Assembly: GCA_020696385.1 (NCBI GenBank)
Contig: JAEHCQ010000001.1
Location: 480,001-544,000 of the forward strand
DNA length: 64,000 bases
Reading direction: 5' to 3'
DNA from: Methanobacteriota archaeon
GTDB lineage: Archaea; Thermoplasmatota; Thermoplasmata; SG8-5; JAGLSY01
Shown here piece by piece: positions 57,186 through 64,000 of this stretch. The stretch's first letter is position 1. The number at the start of each line of letters is the position of its first letter. A program made the translations under genes and the position numbers. The notes below the pieces were generated by a model. It did no database searches and was not told the DNA's origin. It worked only from the letters and a program-made list of their open reading frames with translations.

Positions 57186-59513
57186 TCATTCCATCATCTT
57201 CTTCACAGAGATGATGTCTTCCTTGGCTCCCAGGCCCTGGAAGATGGCCAGTGCTTTTTCCAAATACGTATCCCGTTCTTCAGGGATCACTTCCGCCATG
57301 CCTCTGTATGCCTCGGCGATCTGCCACTTGAAACCCAGTTCCTCGGACAATTGAATGCACCTTTCATAAAATCTTCTGGCCTCGGACATATCTCCCTTGA
57401 ATTTGTAAGAATCCGCGATATTGCTGTAAAGAATTGAGATGAGTTTATGATCCTCATCCCTTTCCGCCAACTTCATCGCTTCCGCGTACAGCTCGAGAGC
57501 TCTGTCATGGTCTTCAGCCTCGCAATGAAGTATTCCAAGATTATTGAGGGCGCGCACAATGCCCTCAATATCATTCCGGTCTCGAGATATGGCAAGGTCT
57601 TCCTCATAGGAGGCTCTGGCCAACTCTGACTTACCCAATCTCCAATATATCACGCCCATGCTATTATCTATCTCGGATCTCAATTTGGACTGTTCCTTTA
57701 CCAATTCGATTGCTTCTACAAACTGCTCCAAAGCTTCCTCCAGGTCTCCTCTCCGATATAGTATAACACCCAGCTGATGAAGGCTTTTAGCCTTCATCAG
57801 ATCATCACCCATCACGCTGGCCAGCTGCAATCCCTGAGAGAATAATATTTTGGATATTGGCCAATTGCCCATCCGGGTATGCGCCAGACCTGCCAGCATA
57901 TTCAATTCAAAAGCATTCTCAAACTCATTCACATCATCCAGCATACCTGTCTTTGATATCATTTCAAAGAGGTTGACGATCTCATCCTGATAGCCCTGCT
58001 TCAGCCAGCTCCTGCCTTCTGTCCTCATCAGGAATATCGCGGTCTCCGCATCATCAGCCATGATTAAGTGATAGGTCTCTTCGATCCTATCACTTACCAG
58101 TCTTTTTGAATTGTAATATTCCGATGCCATCTCATGCAATGAAAGCCGGGTTCCAAAAAGCTGGCGATCGTAGAAGAAATTACGAAGAAGGCCATGTGTG
58201 GACCAGCCACCATCCTTCATCACCAGTGACCGCCCGGCCAGATCTTCCAAGATGTCATGGTCATTATGATCAAGTACCACTGCTTCTGAATTAACTGGTT
58301 CGCGAAATACAGAAAGGCGAGCCAGCATCTCTTTCTCAGTCTCTCCCAATTGATTGAAGATATCATTGGCCAGTATCTTCTCTATATCATCGGCAGCTCC
58401 TGGATTGGCATCCTTTATCAGAGATAGATAAAGGGGGTGCCCCCCGGATTTGCCAGCGATGGTCCTGGCCTGGATCTGCAAGAACCCCCGCTCCTTCAGA
58501 AGCTCGATGCTGGACTCTTCAGAAAGTCCAGTCAGATCCATCTTCATACATCTGGCATCTTGCAGATATTTATTCTCAAGGATTCCTGGATCACTCCTTC
58601 CGAGAAGGAATAATCCAATATTTTTGGATGCAAGACCAGCCGAGGCCAGCATCTTCAAGAATGTCAGGAATTTCTGACTGGCATTGTGTATATCATCAAA
58701 TGCCAGCATGATATTGACATTCAAATTCACAAGGATGTCATGTACATCCGCCATATCCGGATCTTCATGGGCCAGCATATATTTTTTCAGTCTCGGGTCG
58801 CCCATCCGGTCCAGGAAATTCCCAAGGTGCATCGACGTGTTCCTTATACTGCTCCATTCGCCAATATCGAACCAGAAGACCTCTGAAGATCGTTCCGAGG
58901 TCTTTAGAGCCTGAGCCAGTAGAGCGGTCTTTCCAATACCCCCTATGCCAGTCACCATCATGATATTCCGCGATGAGGAAATTATCTTGTTTATCTCGGC
59001 CAATTCATCTTCACGGCCGATAAATAATGAAATATTGGGAATTTCTTTCGATATCCTATGGCTTTGATCTTCATCGGATATTTCCGAAAGGTGCACGACT
59101 CCTTCATAAGTGTGAGTGAGTATCCTGGCCAGGCTGAAAGACTCGTCTATTTTCTCAAGAAGTTTACTTATTTCACCCTGGAATTCCTCTCCATTTTTCA
59201 TCATGAAGCTCACTTCTTGTTCCAGGAACGCTTTCTCAAGCTCCATGGCTCTAGCATATCCTCCTTCTGTCAAGAAATATGATTTACGCTTTCTGGTCTC
59301 GCCCTTGACATGGCATTTCTTTTCTTCGATGAAGTCCCTTTTCTTTGCAGAATCCAGGGATGTGGATATGTGACTTCTTCTTATTCCCAGACTTCGGGAA
59401 ATGCCCATCTGGCTAACAGATAATGGCACATCGGCCTCTTCCCTGTATCTGGAATAATCCTTCAGATACACCAGGATAGCCTCTTCCACTGTGGCCAGTC
59501 TCTTCCTCTTCAT
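57186..59513 (-). CDS. wHTH + P-loop NTPase (STAND-like) + TPR protein
   Basis: SQMGISRSLGIRRSHIS HTH, FIGREDEL, GIGGIGKT, AFDDIH, GHPL, multiple TPRs; start uncertain (59513 or 59540). Confidence 0.8.
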   Translation of the reverse strand: MKRKRLATVEEAILVYLKDYSRYREEADVPLSVSQMGISRSLGIRRSHISTSLDSAKKRDFIEEKKCHVKGETRKRKSYFLTEGGYARAMELEKAFLEQEVSFMMKNGEEFQGEISKLLEKIDESFSLARILTHTYEGVVHLSEISDEDQSHRISKEIPNISLFIGREDELAEINKIISSSRNIMMVTGIGGIGKTALLAQALKTSERSSEVFWFDIGEWSSIRNTSMHLGNFLDRMGDPRLKKYMLAHEDPDMADVHDILVNLNVNIMLAFDDIHNASQKFLTFLKMLASAGLASKNIGLFLLGRSDPGILENKYLQDARCMKMDLTGLSEESSIELLKERGFLQIQARTIAGKSGGHPLYLSLIKDANPGAADDIEKILANDIFNQLGETEKEMLARLSVFREPVNSEAVVLDHNDHDILEDLAGRSLVMKDGGWSTHGLLRNFFYDRQLFGTRLSLHEMASEYYNSKRLVSDRIEETYHLIMADDAETAIFLMRTEGRSWLKQGYQDEIVNLFEMISKTGMLDDVNEFENAFELNMLAGLAHTRMGNWPISKILFSQGLQLASVMGDDLMKAKSLHQLGVILYRRGDLEEALEQFVEAIELVKEQSKLRSEIDNSMGVIYWRLGKSELARASYEEDLAISRDRNDIEGIVRALNNLGILHCEAEDHDRALELYAEAMKLAERDEDHKLISILYSNIADSYKFKGDMSEARRFYERCIQLSEELGFKWQIAEAYRGMAEVIPEERDTYLEKALAIFQGLGAKEDIISVKKMME

Positions 59514-59558
59514 TAACTCTACATCGTTCTCATATTTCATATATCTATGGATATGAAA

Positions 59559-59588
59559 TCTTGACATGTCAAGAGTGGAATTATATAC
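59559..59588 (+). promoter_or_regulatory. Perfect 16-bp palindrome next to the BRE/TATA of the pilin gene
   Basis: TCTTGACATGTCAAGA (59559-59574), then GTGGAA, then TTATATAC (59581-59588). Confidence 0.6.
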
Positions 59589-59638
59589 GCTCAGTTACAA
59601 AGTCTATCATGCAGGAAAAACCTGCAGGAGGACAAAAC

Positions 59639-60160
59639 ATGAATAGAAGAAGAACGAAGAATATATGGACGATCCGCAAGGATTCGGATGCTGTGTCGCC
59701 AGTTATCGCGACCATTTTGATGGTCGCGATAACCGTCGTACTGGCAGCCGTGTTGTACGTGATGGTGATCGGCTTTGTACCACCAGAGGATGTTACCGCC
59801 GGAACGTGGAAGTCAATTAAATCTACTTCACAAACATCGGCCAGAGCGGAGTTTGGAACATTCGTTGGAGTGATGAAACCGATTGATCTGCAACTATATA
59901 TAAGTGCGAATGGGACTGATATTGGGTACATATCCTGGGGAAGCAATACCGACCCAGCTCTTGTCAGATGGAATGATGGGCCGGAAGGTGCGACTGTCAC
60001 TTACAGAGACTTCAATCCTACGAAAGGTGAGATAAGTCAGGGAGATTACTTTGATCTGAATGGTCTTGAACCCGGAACTTTGTATGAGATAGTGGCCTTT
60101 AATTCCGCACTAGATACGACCATCACTGGAATGGATAACTCATTCACAACTCCAACGTGA
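59639..60160 (+). CDS. Archaeal type IV pilin (DUF1628-type N-terminus)
   Basis: Class III signal RKDSDA|VSPVIATILMVAITVVLAAVLYVMV; GGAGG SD. Confidence 0.9.
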   Translation: MNRRRTKNIWTIRKDSDAVSPVIATILMVAITVVLAAVLYVMVIGFVPPEDVTAGTWKSIKSTSQTSARAEFGTFVGVMKPIDLQLYISANGTDIGYISWGSNTDPALVRWNDGPEGATVTYRDFNPTKGEISQGDYFDLNGLEPGTLYEIVAFNSALDTTITGMDNSFTTPT

Positions 60161-60203
60161 GTTATTAGCTCCTAAAGATGGGATGTCCAAACCCATGGAA
60201 TAA

Positions 60204-60243
60204 TGTGGGTGTAATTAAACACCCACAATTTTTCTTTTTTTTC
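60204..60243 (+). terminator. Stem-loop + U-tract terminator after pilin
   Basis: TGTGGGTGT/ACACCCACA then ATTTTTCTTTTTTTT. Confidence 0.75.
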
Positions 60244-60298
60244 TCCCAATACTAAAAATCATTTTAAACCTGAAGATTCTTATCACCTCGTGGCTCAC

Positions 60299-60784
60299 AT
60301 GGAAGAAAAATTCGATTACGAGCATTTGCTTTTCTTCATAAGAAGTATCTATATCTCAGTTTTCTTCGTTTCTATAATATTGATCATAGCCAGTACTTCC
60401 TTCGATGCTTTGCATATTGGGCTTTTTATTCTTCTATTCTTAATCTACCTTATCGTATTCGGCATATCACCCGCCATGACCGGCCACGGCATATCTGATG
60501 AACATCTGATACTGAGGCAGGGAATATTGTTCAAAGTGGAGATCACATGGAAAGATGTCCAGAGCGTGGAAAGAGCAGACGCCTTATCACTGGGGTATGG
60601 TGTCACCCCCAGTTTTAGAAAGCCCATTATATCAATGGCCACATCCAAAAACAATGCGGTGAAGATCAAGCTGAAAAAGCCCAGGCGATTCATGTCCGTG
60701 CTGGGCAAACTGGCAGATGAAATAATGATAGATCTGAATGAGCCAGATAGATTTATAGAGAAAGCGATGGAACATATAGTTTGA
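60299..60784 (+). CDS. Membrane protein with bacterial PH-like domain
   Basis: Two TM helices, LILRQG..F..EITWKDVQSV, DEPDRF-like end. Confidence 0.6.
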   Translation: MEEKFDYEHLLFFIRSIYISVFFVSIILIIASTSFDALHIGLFILLFLIYLIVFGISPAMTGHGISDEHLILRQGILFKVEITWKDVQSVERADALSLGYGVTPSFRKPIISMATSKNNAVKIKLKKPRRFMSVLGKLADEIMIDLNEPDRFIEKAMEHIV

Positions 60785-60880
60785 TACAATACTGAATATT
60801 GATCGCATACTCATAATTATGAAGTTCGGACTTGAATACGAATCAAAGCTTTTACACCCACGCTCAGTATTGATACAAAG

Positions 60881-61306
60881 CTAAGCTACGCTAACGCTTT
60901 GTATTTTATGATGTCTGTATATCATATCCCTGGCAATCTTCAAGTTCCTACCAGCTTTTCCAATGGCTTTGGCCTTGAGGAGTGGGTTGACTGTCACGGT
61001 CGCATGTGTCAGTTCTCCCCTTTGCTCTATATCCACTGCACTGGCCTCATATGGATGGAAAACACTTTTGATGAACTGTACGGGGTCATCAGAGTACTCG
61101 ACGATCTGGATGGTCTTGGATAATTGTTTCCTCAGTTTGGACACATTTTCTCCTTTAATTCCAACCGCCTTGCTTATCTGTCCTGCCTTCACGACAAAGA
61201 TTATCCTGTCGTCTGTTTCAACACAGTCCTTTATCGTGGTTCGGGTCATTCTCTCAAAGAAAGTGATGTGAAGGAGAGTTTGATTGTCGAGTACTATATC
61301 TGACAT
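60881..61306 (-). CDS. nusA: Archaeal NusA
   Basis: KDCV, KAVGIKGENV, VEYSDDP, KAIGKAGRN KH domains; rpoA''-L30e-nusA order. Confidence 0.93.
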   Translation of the reverse strand: MSDIVLDNQTLLHITFFERMTRTTIKDCVETDDRIIFVVKAGQISKAVGIKGENVSKLRKQLSKTIQIVEYSDDPVQFIKSVFHPYEASAVDIEQRGELTHATVTVNPLLKAKAIGKAGRNLKIARDMIYRHHKIQSVSVA

Positions 61307-61311
61307 TAGAT

Positions 61312-61586
61312 CTACCTTTTTGGCAATATTTGAGATTCGCCGGGATCAAGAACTGTTACCACGGATATTGCAAATGGCTTACCACAAGCTGCTCCGAGTT
61401 CCATATTGGTTCCCGGGAAATCCATGGATGGTACTTTACTCTGTTCTTTCAATACCGGATCTGGGGAGTTATTGGCCAATATTATCAGCTTGGCTTCCTT
61501 GGTCTCTATTGCTTTCTTGGCCTGATCGGCTCCAAATAGCAATTTGCCGGTCTTGGTCGCACTCCTAAGGGCTCTGTTAAGATCCA

Positions 61587-61587
<1 letters not shown>
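61312..61587 (-). CDS. rpl30e: 50S ribosomal protein L30e
   Basis: KTGKLLFG, ELGAACGKPF, DPGESQIL. Confidence 0.95.

Positions 61588-64000
<2,413 letters not shown>

Noticed and set aside
57186-59513. Avs-type antiviral defence gene
   Set aside because: N-terminal domain looks like a wHTH rather than a nuclease/TIR/Sir2 effector, and there is no defence-island context

Overview
Archaeal chromosomal DNA, most likely an uncultured Thermoplasmata lineage. This is inferred from split RNAP A'/A'' with an N-terminally extended A'', rpl30e-nusA, the rps19e-rpl39e-rpl31e-eIF6 operon, tgtA, archaeal CCA enzyme, radB, ipk-fni-polyprenyl synthase and rpe. The window is mostly gene-dense housekeeping sequence: hisS, valS, mutS, intron-containing tRNA-Leu(TAA), lpdA, glyA, acs, CDC48, purSL and others. 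It also carries two paralogous large S-layer-like surface proteins, an NfeD-flotillin pair, an Nre plus radical-SAM repair pair, and an archaeal pilin gene divergent from an HTH-NTPase-TPR regulator. I see no transposase, integrase, CRISPR array, rRNA or recognisable defence system. The least explained signal is intergenic: at least two dispersed families of short palindromic repeats (a ~63-bp family in 3 copies, each between convergent genes, and a modular hairpin family in 3-4 copies, one a tandem whose short unit lacks exactly the hairpin modules of the long unit). There are also long hairpins flanking rpl31e, bacterial-style stem-loop+U terminators and a perfect 16-bp palindrome at the pilin promoter. 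Start codons were adjusted by eye; product calls come from motif recognition, not database searches.
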